The position numbers and the translations under genes were made by a program. From positions 1 through 37,061 of the IMG/VR virus record IMGVR_UViG_3300045988_121094: a DNA stretch of 37,061 nucleotides. One strand, given 5' to 3'. The DNA is from a virus. The stretch's first letter is position 1, and each line of letters starts with the position of its first letter. Below the pieces are notes generated by a model that worked only from the letters and a program-made list of their open reading frames with translations, was not told the origin of the DNA and made no database searches. Positions 21,787 to 31,560 of the stretch are shown here, in pieces.

Positions 21787-24126
21787 CTATACTGGTATTA
21801 ATGTAATATTCCCTTGTCTTTGCATTTTTCTTAATTGCTTTAATGCTACTTTACCTATTACACTACTGTCTATTTGAAAGATTATATCTCCACTTGAACT
21901 CTCCCCACTCCCTTGTGGCATTCTAGTTGCTACTTTTTCTGCTAAATCTGTTATCCATCCAGTATTATTTTCTAATGGCATGACAGCTTCACGCCCTTGC
22001 TCGCCTATTAAAGAAAGTGTTGGACTATCTATAATTCCTCCCTTTGCTAATTTAGGAATTTTAGGTACTGTTGATATATTAACTCCAGGTACTTTATTTA
22101 TAGTTCTTATCATTGAATTAATACCAGATATAGCACTATTTATCATGTCTATGATTATATTTAATGGCCATCTAACTATTCCTATTAATCCATCAAATAT
22201 TCCACCAAATATATCTACTATACCCTGCCAAGCCCTAGACCAATTTCCAGAAAACACTCCAGATATAAAATCTATTAATCCATTGAATACTCTTAATAGT
22301 CCTTTTATAATATCTGCTATTACCCCAACTGCAGTTCCAATGGAATCTACTATAAAATTAAATGTAGCTATAAATATAGGAGATAATACATCAACTAAAA
22401 ATCTTACTATTGGACTTATAAAGTTATTCCATAGTTCAAGAGCAAAATTAATAGCTTTCATTACGAACTCTCCCAATTCCTCTACTAATCCCTTTAGATG
22501 TTTTTCCCATAACCATGTAAGCATTTCTAAAGCATTAGTTATAATTGGTTTTATTACACCTTCCCAAACATTAATTATTATCTTTTGTATGCTTAACATA
22601 AAACCTTTTAGATTATCTATTAATGTTTGTCCATATTGTTGCCATAGGCTAGTTAATATAGTTCCTATATCCGTTATAACTGTATTAATAAATTCTTTCA
22701 AGTCATTCCATACCTCTACAACCGAATCTCTAAAACCTTCGTTAGTTTGCCATAAATATACTATGTTACCTACTAAAAGTCCTATTAATGCTGAAATAGC
22801 TACTATTGGCAAGCTTATTCCGCCTATTGCATATCCCAAAGCATAAAACGCAAGCTGTATTCCTTCTATAATTTTGCTCCAATTAGATATTAATAAAAAA
22901 CTTCCAAATGCTGATGCAATTCCTGCAATTGAAGATATTATTATTTCTTTGTTGCCTACTATAAAATCTTTCATACTTTTAAACGTAGATTTTATTTTAT
23001 CTGCTAATTTTTGAATCTTCTCACTAACCTCTATAACGCTAGAAAGGAAACCTCCATTTCCCATGTCTAACCCATCTAAAGAGTTATCTATGCCACCAGC
23101 TCCTCCACCAGAGCCACCACTTGTATCAGTTCCTTGGTTTAATGTATTTATTTCATCAATTCCAGCTAATGACTTAAGAGCTTTCTTTGCTTTATTTGCA
23201 CTTCCTGTTGTATCGTCCAAACTGTCCCCTAATCCACCTACAGCAGAAGTTTGATTATTTATAGATTGTGCTTGTTGTTCTGCTACTTTAGGTTTACCAA
23301 ATAAGGCTGTTGTAAATTGTGCTATTACAGATATAGCTTTACTTAATACATTAATAAAAATTGTTAATGGAGGTAGTATAGCGTTGTATATAGGTAAAAA
23401 GGCTTGTCCTAATGTAAGCTGAACGTTCTTTAAACTTGCTATAAATTGATTATGTCTAATCTGAGTTGTATCTGCTAGAGTTGTTCCATATCTTGCATAT
23501 GTTTGTTCTAATATAGCTGCTAATCTTATTTGTTGTTGTGTTTGGAAGTTTAATTGTTGCCATGTCTTTCCATCCGCTAGCTGTTTAAATGCTTCTGTAC
23601 TCTCTAACATAGAAACTTGAGTATAAACTCCTAAATCTTCGATAGCTTCTGTAGAACCCAGCATACCAGATCTAATTCTTTCTGCTGTATCTTCAAAAGT
23701 TCTTCCAGTTTTACTTGCTATAATAGATGTAGCTTTCATTAATTCCTGTGTACTATTAGCTATTTCTTTAGTATTACTTTGAAAACTTGATATTAAGTTA
23801 CTATAAGTCGAACCATACTTATATCCCTCTTGAATACTCATTCCATATGCTTGTGATTGACTTTTAACCCAGTCCCCAAAAGCTTTTGCACTACCTTGCA
23901 TTGTTCTATTTATATTTTCTATTGAAGTTTCAACACTCATTGCTGCTTGTGTACTTTCTTTTATTAATGCTCCAACTCCAATGGCTCCTAGAGTAAATTT
24001 TATTTTACTCATTATTCCATTAACATTCTTTTGAAAGTTATTAATATTTTTTTGAGCTTTATTAAGTTCATTTTTTACACCACTAAAATCTGCTCCACCC
24101 CTAATTAAGAGATTTTTAACTGCCAA
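21787..24126 (-). CDS. Tape measure protein
   Basis: 779 aa. Position after the chaperone pair. Gly-rich GGSGGGAGG segment and multiple hydrophobic helices. Confidence 0.85.
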   Translation of the reverse strand: MAVKNLLIRGGADFSGVKNELNKAQKNINNFQKNVNGIMSKIKFTLGAIGVGALIKESTQAAMSVETSIENINRTMQGSAKAFGDWVKSQSQAYGMSIQEGYKYGSTYSNLISSFQSNTKEIANSTQELMKATSIIASKTGRTFEDTAERIRSGMLGSTEAIEDLGVYTQVSMLESTEAFKQLADGKTWQQLNFQTQQQIRLAAILEQTYARYGTTLADTTQIRHNQFIASLKNVQLTLGQAFLPIYNAILPPLTIFINVLSKAISVIAQFTTALFGKPKVAEQQAQSINNQTSAVGGLGDSLDDTTGSANKAKKALKSLAGIDEINTLNQGTDTSGGSGGGAGGIDNSLDGLDMGNGGFLSSVIEVSEKIQKLADKIKSTFKSMKDFIVGNKEIIISSIAGIASAFGSFLLISNWSKIIEGIQLAFYALGYAIGGISLPIVAISALIGLLVGNIVYLWQTNEGFRDSVVEVWNDLKEFINTVITDIGTILTSLWQQYGQTLIDNLKGFMLSIQKIIINVWEGVIKPIITNALEMLTWLWEKHLKGLVEELGEFVMKAINFALELWNNFISPIVRFLVDVLSPIFIATFNFIVDSIGTAVGVIADIIKGLLRVFNGLIDFISGVFSGNWSRAWQGIVDIFGGIFDGLIGIVRWPLNIIIDMINSAISGINSMIRTINKVPGVNISTVPKIPKLAKGGIIDSPTLSLIGEQGREAVMPLENNTGWITDLAEKVATRMPQGSGESSSGDIIFQIDSSVIGKVALKQLRKMQRQGNITLIPV

Positions 24127-24735
24127 CTACCTCACCTCCCATCAAATTATTTAATAGCTTTACTTGATTCAACATTTCTTTATCTGACATTTCCTTTTTC
24201 TTTTTGTTTAATACCTTATCTAATTTAGGCTTATTCTTTCCTAAGAATTGAACTGTCCATGCTGCATTAAAATAAGCTAATGTAATCTTTTCTTCTGCTT
24301 CCTCTTCTCTTCTTTGTGCATAACTATTTATCATTAAAGAAAATTCATAAGGTGTTAGATTCCAAAAATCTAAAGGAGATATATTACAAAGGGTAGCGAG
24401 TTTTAAACTTTCTATAATAGAAAATTCTCCCTCGCTACCCTCTACTTGTTTTTTACCTCGCCACCATTAAAAGATTCTCCAAAAGCTTTAGCCATTACTT
24501 CTAAAACCTCTTGCAGATTTCCCTTTTCATCTATCAGATCCATAACTCTTGCTGGAGTTAATTTTGCATCTTCGTGTACTAATCCAGCACAAACAATAAT
24601 TGCAGTTTGCTCCATAGTTAATTCTTCTAAATTTACCTTTCCTATAGGCTTTTTAAATTTCTTCTCTATATAATCTATTGCTTTCATTCCATATCTAAAA
24701 TTTCTTGATTTATCTAATTCTATTGGTGTAAACAT
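24116..24735 (-). CDS. Tail assembly chaperone, long (G-T-like) form made by a -1 frameshift at 24448-24454
   Basis: The -1 frame is open from the slippery site into track ORF 24116-24334 (..KKQVEGSEGEFSIIESLKLATLCNISPLDFWNLTPYEFSLMINSYAQRREEE..). Confidence 0.7.
24390..24454 (-). promoter_or_regulatory. Programmed -1 ribosomal frameshift signal: A_AAA_AAC plus downstream stem-loop
   Basis: Heptamer at 24448-24454. 11-13-bp stem AGGGTAGCGAG / CTCGCTACCCT (24431-24441 with 24390-24400), 30-nt loop, 6-nt spacer. Confidence 0.7.
24442..24735 (-). CDS. Tail assembly chaperone, short (G-like) form
   Basis: 97-aa ORF between the major tail and tape measure genes. Ends 2 codons after the slippery heptamer. 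Confidence 0.7.
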   Translation of the reverse strand: MFTPIELDKSRNFRYGMKAIDYIEKKFKKPIGKVNLEELTMEQTAIIVCAGLVHEDAKLTPARVMDLIDEKGNLQEVLEVMAKAFGESFNGGEVKNK

Positions 24736-24745
24736 ATTTTTCCTC

Positions 24746-25174
24746 CTATACTCCTGCTGTTGTTAAAGTTAATGTAGGTTTTCCAGAAACCTTTATAGTT
24801 GCTTCAAAGCTAATTAAATCTTCTAGACTTGCACTAGTTGAAAACCCTGTTACAACTCCATTAAATCCCCATTTTGCTTTTACAGATGCAGGGAATTCTA
24901 TAGCAAACTCTTCAACAGTTCCTGATTCAAAAGCATCATACATTTTCTTTTGTCCATTAGCTTCTTCTATATCTAAATAACCACTTAAACTTACCTCTCC
25001 TGCATCCTTAAAACCACCAATAAACTCTCTATATCCACCTTCGCTATCTAAAGTGGTAGTATCTAAAGTATCAGCGCTTAATTCAATTCCACCAATTTCA
25101 GTTAATCCTCCTACTTTTACAGCAGAAGCACTTTTACCAATCTTTAAAACTGTTCCTAAGCTTCTATTTGCCAT
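24746..25174 (-). CDS. Major tail protein (phi13-like family)
   Basis: ..LGTVLKIGKSASAVKVGGLTEIGGIELSADTLDTTTLDSEGGYREFIGGFKDAGEVSLSG.. pattern and position. Confidence 0.75.
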   Translation of the reverse strand: MANRSLGTVLKIGKSASAVKVGGLTEIGGIELSADTLDTTTLDSEGGYREFIGGFKDAGEVSLSGYLDIEEANGQKKMYDAFESGTVEEFAIEFPASVKAKWGFNGVVTGFSTSASLEDLISFEATIKVSGKPTLTLTTAGV

Positions 25175-25177
25175 TTA

Positions 25178-25546
25178 CTATTCCTCCTTAAAATAAATTG
25201 TTGCAGGGATTATTCCCCTATAAACTTTTAATTGATTTTCATATATTACTTCTGTTTCTTCTAAAGAAATCTCTTGTATAAAAAAAACACCTAACATTGT
25301 ATCAGTTAAGTGTTTTAGCATAATTTCTAATATTTCTTTTTTACTATTTGCTTCACTAAATGTTTTTGTAAATACATTCAAAACAATATTAGCTGTATAT
25401 AACCCATCATATCCATCTAATGTTTTATTCTCTATCTCTCTATAAAAATATACTAAATAAGGGGTTTGCTCTCCTTCTGGAGCATTTGTAGGATATACTT
25501 TATTATTAAAAATTTTATCTAATTCTTTTACTAACTCAGTTATCAT
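25178..25546 (-). CDS. Tail completion/terminator-like protein (by position)
   Basis: 122 aa, 4-nt overlap with the upstream gene. ..VYPTNAPEGEQTPYLVY.. resembles DUF3168-type proteins. Confidence 0.5.
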   Translation of the reverse strand: MITELVKELDKIFNNKVYPTNAPEGEQTPYLVYFYREIENKTLDGYDGLYTANIVLNVFTKTFSEANSKKEILEIMLKHLTDTMLGVFFIQEISLEETEVIYENQLKVYRGIIPATIYFKEE

Positions 25547-25986
25547 TTATTAAGCTCCTTCTCTATCTTATTTTGCATATTTTCTATAATAGTCTTTTGT
25601 ACCTTGCCAGCGTTTTCTTCTAAAGCTTTTTTAAGAAAATGATAACCAGGTATATATCTCCCATTCCTTGCAAAGAATCCATATTCCATACTAGCTGGAT
25701 AATATCCAGTTACTTTTCCTTCTTTATTTCTTTTTTGGAACACATTATTTTTTGCTCTATCAAAAACTACTTGATAAACTTTTTTCCCTTTGATTTTAGA
25801 TTTCTCACCAACCATTTTTATACCACTTTTAAGTTCCCCTGTTTCTACTGGCGATTTATTCTTTGCATCTTTAAAAGCAACATTCATTCCTTTTCTAACA
25901 GAAGATGTTACATGCTTTTGTGGTACTTCACCAAGTCTTTTAAGTGTTCTATCCAATTCTTTCATTCCTTCAATTTTAACTTTCAT
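25543..25986 (-). CDS. HK97 gp10-like head-tail/neck protein
   Basis: MKVKIEGMKELDRTLKRLGEVPQKHV...PVETGELKSGI.. pattern. Confidence 0.6.
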   Translation of the reverse strand: MKVKIEGMKELDRTLKRLGEVPQKHVTSSVRKGMNVAFKDAKNKSPVETGELKSGIKMVGEKSKIKGKKVYQVVFDRAKNNVFQKRNKEGKVTGYYPASMEYGFFARNGRYIPGYHFLKKALEENAGKVQKTIIENMQNKIEKELNK

Positions 25987-26320
25987 AACATCTCTCCTTA
26001 CACATTATTTGTAATAAGATATTCCTTTCTTGAAAGTTTATTGGTGGAGCTGTTATTTCAAAATATCTATTTCCAAACTTTACTCTCATAGCTGATGTAA
26101 TTCCTTCAATATATCTAATATTAATTTTGTGAGTTACTTCACTATTAGTTGTTTCAGCTGCAAAAAAATCTTTACCACTTAAAGGATATATAGCTGCTCT
26201 AATTTCTAAAAAATCTATCCAAGATTCAATTAATTCTCCATATTTATTTCTGATTTTATCTATCTTTTGAATTGTAATATGATGTCTAAATTCTCCCGAA
26301 TTAATTCTATATCTACTCAT
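25976..26320 (-). CDS. Head closure / head-tail joining protein
   Basis: ..FRHHITIQK...WIDFLEIRAAIYPLSGKDFFAAETTNSEVTHKINIRY... is typical of the family. Confidence 0.6.
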   Translation of the reverse strand: MSRYRINSGEFRHHITIQKIDKIRNKYGELIESWIDFLEIRAAIYPLSGKDFFAAETTNSEVTHKINIRYIEGITSAMRVKFGNRYFEITAPPINFQERNILLQIMCKERCYES

Positions 26321-26328
26321 AAAATCAC

Positions 26329-26613
26329 CTACAATAAATTAATACAATGCATATCTAAAATAGAATTAACTACCTTATTAGCTTTATCATTATCTACTGT
26401 ATAGGCTCTATTATCATACATTTCATTACAAAGTATCATTAAAGCTATTGTTAAATCTTCTTTTTTATCTAAAGCTATATCATCTAATCCTGTATAACTT
26501 TTTATATATGATTTACAAGCAGCTAAAATGTTACTAAAAAGTTTATCATCTAAATCATAGTTAACTACTGCATACTCTTTTAAATCTTCAATAGTAACTT
26601 CGCTAATCTTCAT
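26329..26613 (-). CDS. gp6-like head-tail connector protein
   Basis: MKISEVTIEDLKEYAVVNYDLDDKLFSNILAACKSYIKSYTGLD pattern. Start moved to the ATG after GAGGGTGAAGCTA. Confidence 0.6.
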   Translation of the reverse strand: MKISEVTIEDLKEYAVVNYDLDDKLFSNILAACKSYIKSYTGLDDIALDKKEDLTIALMILCNEMYDNRAYTVDNDKANKVVNSILDMHCINLL

Positions 26614-26767
26614 TAGCTTCACCCTCTTTTTTCTTATTTACCTTTACTTCTTCAATATATCCAGCTTTAAGAAGATCTTTGAGTGTAGCCTTATCGCTAC
26701 ACTCTTTAATTTCACCAGATACCATAGAAAAAGCTCCTGCAAAACTTACTTTAGCTTTTACTTTCAT
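26603..26767 (-). CDS. Small hypothetical head-module protein (54 aa)
   Basis: Hand-found: AGGAGGTTAAGC-ATG. MKVKAKVSFAGAFSMVSGEIKECSDKATLKDLLKAGYIEEV.. fills the capsid-connector gap. Confidence 0.45.
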   Translation of the reverse strand: MKVKAKVSFAGAFSMVSGEIKECSDKATLKDLLKAGYIEEVKVNKKKEGEANED

Positions 26768-26777
26768 GCTTAACCTC

Positions 26778-27950
26778 CTAAGCTGATTTTTGCACTAATG
26801 CCGCAATCTTCTTTTTGTCAGTTATTTTACCATCATATTCTCCATATCCAACTACACCAATCATGTATTTAGTAGCATACTTTTCTATAAGCACTTGCAC
26901 CTCTACTGATTTAGTAGCTTTAATTGTATATCCAGTTAAATCAGCAAATACTATTGATTTCGTACCGGCTGCTATTTCAGGCATTGAATCAGATTCGATA
27001 ACTTTATTACCTAAAATCATATATTCATCTTCCTTGAAGTACGGTTGTCCATTTCCATCTTTTAATTTACAAATAGCTGTATATGTTGTAGGATTCATTA
27101 TCCATACTCCTTTAGATCTAAATCTTTGTTTTAATGAATGCTTTAAGCTTACAAGTTCATCATAAGTTATTGCTGTAGCAGCTGCAGTTTCTATTGTTTT
27201 TGTAGTTGAAGTTATTCCAGTAATCTTACTAGAAGTACCTATTATAAATTCTTTTTCTAATTTTTCTGCTAAAGCTTCTGCTATTTTTCTAACTACAAAT
27301 GATACAATATCAAAATCTGTATTATTAACAAGTTTCTTTGAAACTAGAGATAAAGCTCCAATAACATATCCTGTTAAGTCTACAGATGTAAATTTACCTA
27401 TATTATCTGTTAAATCTTCTCCTTCATCTACATAATCTGCATTTATATAGTTAGTTGAATCTTCTCCATATACTGGTACACTTACCTTACCATTAGTAGG
27501 TATTACATCTGCTAATTGTAAGAAAGGAACAATATCCCTTACTTCTTCAATAATTCTTTTAGCAATAGATGTTGGTACAATTACACCATTATTCCCTTGT
27601 GTTAACTGTATTTCTCCTACTCTTAACTCCTCTTGTTTATCTCTTAAGAAATTTTCAAATGCTCTTTCTTCTAATTCTTCTTGAGATGCTTCTTCTTCCT
27701 TATTTTTATTTATTTTTTTAGGTTGCATTCTTTGTTCTTCTTCTATAGCTGCTAAAGTTGTGTCTATTTTCTTAATTTCCTTTTTTATTTCCTCAAACCT
27801 TGTTTCTTCTTGATCTGTTAATGTTCTAGTTTCAGCCTTAGCGCCTTGAACTATTTGATTCATTTCAAGCATTAAATCTGTTCTTTTTTCATCTAATCCC
27901 TTCTCATTAGTAGGTAATGTTCTATATTCTGCAATTCTCTTTTTTATCAT
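26778..27950 (-). CDS. Major capsid protein, HK97 family (with N-terminal coiled-coil delta-like region)
   Basis: 390 aa after the prohead protease. E/K-rich N-terminal ~100 aa, then a capsid-fold-length body. Confidence 0.85.
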   Translation of the reverse strand: MIKKRIAEYRTLPTNEKGLDEKRTDLMLEMNQIVQGAKAETRTLTDQEETRFEEIKKEIKKIDTTLAAIEEEQRMQPKKINKNKEEEASQEELEERAFENFLRDKQEELRVGEIQLTQGNNGVIVPTSIAKRIIEEVRDIVPFLQLADVIPTNGKVSVPVYGEDSTNYINADYVDEGEDLTDNIGKFTSVDLTGYVIGALSLVSKKLVNNTDFDIVSFVVRKIAEALAEKLEKEFIIGTSSKITGITSTTKTIETAAATAITYDELVSLKHSLKQRFRSKGVWIMNPTTYTAICKLKDGNGQPYFKEDEYMILGNKVIESDSMPEIAAGTKSIVFADLTGYTIKATKSVEVQVLIEKYATKYMIGVVGYGEYDGKITDKKKIAALVQKSA

Positions 27951-27997
27951 AATTTTTATTCCTCCTTAAATTTAAACAAAATAAAAAAGCCCTATAT

Positions 27998-28600
27998 CTA
28001 AGACTTTTTAAGATTTTCTATTTCATTTTCATATTTGCTATAATCGATATCTGTTCTTTCTTCTTTTTTCTTAGATTCATCTACTGTTATAGCTTTAAAT
28101 TCAGTTAATCTATTTTCATTTAAGACTTCTTTATCATCCCTCATTTCAATAGATGTCGCTATATAAGCTGGTGCTCTTGTATTATCTACTATAGTAACTT
28201 CAAATAAATCTAGTTGTTCTACAGTTCTTTTTTCATATCCGTTTTCTTGTTGTTCCCAATGATCCTTTTCTGCATAAAATCCAAAACTCCAACCTCTAAG
28301 TTCTTTATTTTTAGCTTTTTCTATGACCTCTGTATCAGTTACAGTACATATTGCTCTTAATCCTATACTATCTTCAAACAATTCAAGATTTCCTTCTGAT
28401 GTAGAACCTAGCTTTCTATTTTTATCGTGATTTAAAAGTAAATCTACATTATCTCTTCTTTCTAAACTTCTTTGAAATGCTCCCGGTTGTATTTTTTCTA
28501 CGAATTTACCTCTCACAGAAGGAATAGGCTTACTTTCTCTATCTACTGCATTAACATACCCATCAAGTAATACGCTGTCATTCCTTATCTCTATTCTCAT
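27998..28600 (-). CDS. Prohead protease, HK97 (S78) family
   Basis: ..LDGYVNAVDRESKPI...LLLNHDKNRKLGS...RGWSFGF.. Position between portal and capsid. Confidence 0.8.
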   Translation of the reverse strand: MRIEIRNDSVLLDGYVNAVDRESKPIPSVRGKFVEKIQPGAFQRSLERRDNVDLLLNHDKNRKLGSTSEGNLELFEDSIGLRAICTVTDTEVIEKAKNKELRGWSFGFYAEKDHWEQQENGYEKRTVEQLDLFEVTIVDNTRAPAYIATSIEMRDDKEVLNENRLTEFKAITVDESKKKEERTDIDYSKYENEIENLKKS

Positions 28601-29825
28601 CTATCTCACCTCCTTTCATATCTGATGTTTTATTAGTATTTGGTGTATAAACTGTTCCTTTTTTCGAGTTGTATAAAACATCATTTAATCCTAATAATAT
28701 AGTGTCTTCAAACAATGGATTAGGCTCTAAATCTTCCTTATATCTGACTTCATTAACTCCCATTATTTTATTTTTTATTGCTATTTCATATGCTTTAAAT
28801 CTTTTTTCAATGTCCCCTTTTAGTAGTTCATTAGTATCAAATCCAAAATAAAAAGACTCCTTCTCTTTTTCTAGAAGTAAGTCTCTATTTATACTAGCTA
28901 CTAAATCATTTAGTATAGGTAATATAGCCATTTTAAACATTTTGTCAAAGTCACCTTCATTAGCTTTACCATCACCACTTATAATGCTAGGAGGTATATT
29001 AAAAATCTTGCATATTTCATCACCATTAGCGACTTTATTTTGATTCATTTGCATTTCCATAGGAGTTGCTTGTGCATCCTTAAAAGTTAAACCTTTATTT
29101 AGGACCACACAATTTTCAGAATTACCAGAGTACATATTTTTCCATTGCTCTTTTAAATTAGCAATAGCTTCTTTATCTAGTTTACTTTCTGCTTCAATAA
29201 AACCTTTTTTATTTCCTCCAGTTTTACTTAATATATTCTCATATTTAAGAGAATTATAAGCAACACTTAATAATATTGGATTTTCTTCTATGATCCCGTA
29301 TCCATCTGAACCATTATCAGTATGCCTTAATAACTTTATAAAATTATAGGGCTTATAAAAACTTCCTTGTACTATAACATCATAATTTTTAAAGATAGGA
29401 TTTATTGAAGTACTTATATATACTTCATCTTCTTTTACATAATGTAAGCTTACAATCTTCCCTTTATCTTTATTAATATAAATGTATCCATTTCCCATTA
29501 GTAGATAATCAATAATCAAAGCTTTTTTCATTTGATATGCTGTTAACATATCTCCTGTTTCTTCATTTAATAATTTTAGCCTATTATCAACTTTTACTTC
29601 TTCTACCTTACCATTTTCCTCTTTATATAACTTTATAGGAATACTGGCAACTAAAGATGATATTAACTCTACACATCCAGCTAATGTTGGTATATTCAAA
29701 GCTTGTACCCTTGTTATGTTATCAGTTATTAAGCCTGCAGCTAAAAGTAAATCTCTTAATCCAGTTCCATCAGATTCTAAGCTTTCTCTTTCTTCCTTTT
29801 TCCTTCTCCAAAATCTCAAATCCAT
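28578..29825 (-). CDS. Portal protein, HK97 family
   Basis: 415 aa after TerL. Start at the ATG 6 nt after GGAGGTG (MDLRFWRRKK..). Confidence 0.85.
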   Translation of the reverse strand: MDLRFWRRKKEERESLESDGTGLRDLLLAAGLITDNITRVQALNIPTLAGCVELISSLVASIPIKLYKEENGKVEEVKVDNRLKLLNEETGDMLTAYQMKKALIIDYLLMGNGYIYINKDKGKIVSLHYVKEDEVYISTSINPIFKNYDVIVQGSFYKPYNFIKLLRHTDNGSDGYGIIEENPILLSVAYNSLKYENILSKTGGNKKGFIEAESKLDKEAIANLKEQWKNMYSGNSENCVVLNKGLTFKDAQATPMEMQMNQNKVANGDEICKIFNIPPSIISGDGKANEGDFDKMFKMAILPILNDLVASINRDLLLEKEKESFYFGFDTNELLKGDIEKRFKAYEIAIKNKIMGVNEVRYKEDLEPNPLFEDTILLGLNDVLYNSKKGTVYTPNTNKTSDMKGGEIDENRDKE

Positions 29826-29865
29826 CAATTCACCTCCTCTCAAGGAACTATATTTATACTCTCCT

Positions 29866-31560
29866 TTAAATAACTTGGATAGTACAATCTACTGTATTTA
29901 ATTGTTCTTGTTGCAATAAGTAAATAGCATTAATTAAAGCTACTACCATATCAACTTTACCTTCTGACTTCTTTTTATTTACATACTTATTTTTATTAGT
30001 ATCTTCTGTAACTCTAGCGTTTTGAAAGTTTATTTCTAAAAGCCTATTTTCTTCATACTTAAATTTCTTACTTAGTACTTTTTCTTCTAGAAGTTTTGTT
30101 GGCATATGTAAGACTGAACTATGTTGCTTGATTTCTACCATTTCATATCCTGCTGCTTCTAACTTTTGAGCTGTGCTTAGTGCATTCCATCTATCATAGC
30201 CTATTTGAAGTATTTCAACTCCATAATCCTCTTCTAATCCTAATATAAAGTCCTCCACTTCCTTATAGCTTATTACTTCATCTCCACAAGCAAAGCACAC
30301 ACTAGCTTTAATTAACTTTTTATAATCAACATTCTCTTTTTTAGATTTCAACTCTATTTTATCGTTTGGTATGAATCCCCATACCCTAGTATAAATATCA
30401 CCTTCATGCTCTGTTACCATAGCTACAGCAGTATTATCTCCACTTTGTGATAAGTCAAATGCTAAATACACTTTTTTACCTCTCCAAAAATCTTTATTTT
30501 TCACAATTTTACACTCCCTCACCTTCGTAATTTCAATATATCCTTCTACTCCTAAGCCCTTATATTTTATGTTATTATGCTTGCACAAATAATTTTCTCT
30601 TTTATTTTCATACAAAACAGCCATTGTTCTTTTTTTCTTTATTGCATTAAAAATATGCTCCCACTTTAAAGTAACTGGATTAGCTTGATAAATTATCAAA
30701 TCTTCACTTTGCCACTTATCCTCAACTAAAAAATCATCATCTGGTTCATATAAAAGACTAAATCTTCTTTCATCATCCATTAAGCCATCTAAAACTTTTT
30801 TAGAAATATCAATTTCAGTTAACATTGCATTATTATCATTAGGATATTGAGTTGAAATAATTATCCCTAGCTTATTAAACAAAGTAACTTGTGATGATCT
30901 CATTGCTTCAATAGGGTAATCATCCATGGCTCCTGCTTCATCTGCTAAAAATGCATTTGCTAGCTTTCCATCCATTTTATCTTCTGAATAAGCCAAAGGG
31001 ATATATTCACTATCTGTAAGTAAACATCTAACTTCACTTCTTAAAACCTTAAAAATCTCATCATCTGCTAAAAGTGGACTTGATTTAATAATTTTTCTTA
31101 TAGCAACCTTTAATTCGCTTGATAGTTTTAAATCTGGTGCTACTGAATAAAATCTTGAAAATTGCTTGTCAGTAATAAGTAATATAATAAAAATAACAGC
31201 CGAATTGAAAGTTTTAAAATTCTTTCTAGCTATCTCTAGCAAGGCTGTTTCATAATATCTTATATCTAAATTTTTATCATTTTTAAGTTTCGTGCATAAT
31301 GTAGCTATAATTAAAAACCATGCATAATCTTCTAATCCTTCATCCATTGGACACATTAAATCTGGATGAATCATTAGCTTAAGGATATTTATTATCTTTT
31401 TAATTTCTTTTTCATCAACATAAGCTTCTTCGTTATCCCCTTCAACTATCTCTAACCATTGTATAGCTTGTTTCTTTACATACTTAGGTACTCTTCTATC
31501 TGTATTATTAGCGCAGAAAATAGCATATTCATAAGCTTTTGTACTCTTAACCATTTCCAT
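29866..31560 (-). CDS. terL: Terminase large subunit
   Basis: 564 aa. Walker-B-like AFLADEAGAMDD. Position between TerS and portal. Confidence 0.85.
   Translation of the reverse strand: MEMVKSTKAYEYAIFCANNTDRRVPKYVKKQAIQWLEIVEGDNEEAYVDEKEIKKIINILKLMIHPDLMCPMDEGLEDYAWFLIIATLCTKLKNDKNLDIRYYETALLEIARKNFKTFNSAVIFIILLITDKQFSRFYSVAPDLKLSSELKVAIRKIIKSSPLLADDEIFKVLRSEVRCLLTDSEYIPLAYSEDKMDGKLANAFLADEAGAMDDYPIEAMRSSQVTLFNKLGIIISTQYPNDNNAMLTEIDISKKVLDGLMDDERRFSLLYEPDDDFLVEDKWQSEDLIIYQANPVTLKWEHIFNAIKKKRTMAVLYENKRENYLCKHNNIKYKGLGVEGYIEITKVRECKIVKNKDFWRGKKVYLAFDLSQSGDNTAVAMVTEHEGDIYTRVWGFIPNDKIELKSKKENVDYKKLIKASVCFACGDEVISYKEVEDFILGLEEDYGVEILQIGYDRWNALSTAQKLEAAGYEMVEIKQHSSVLHMPTKLLEEKVLSKKFKYEENRLLEINFQNARVTEDTNKNKYVNKKKSEGKVDMVVALINAIYLLQQEQLNTVDCTIQVI

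Noticed and set aside
21980-22846. Long plus-strand ORF (288 aa) and similar plus-strand ORFs at 15340-15708, 15721-15963, 17901-18092, 18184-18645, 19516-19941, 20713-20922, 23063-23254, 24446-24673, 25639-26091, 25790-26014, 26815-27165, 28669-28851, 29657-29901, 31644-31832, 32426-32671, 36236-36466
   Set aside because: All lie antisense within well-supported minus-strand genes. Their products are low-complexity, Ser/Leu/Ile/Phe/Pro-rich translations typical of the reverse strand of AT-rich coding DNA. No RBS or promoter context was seen.
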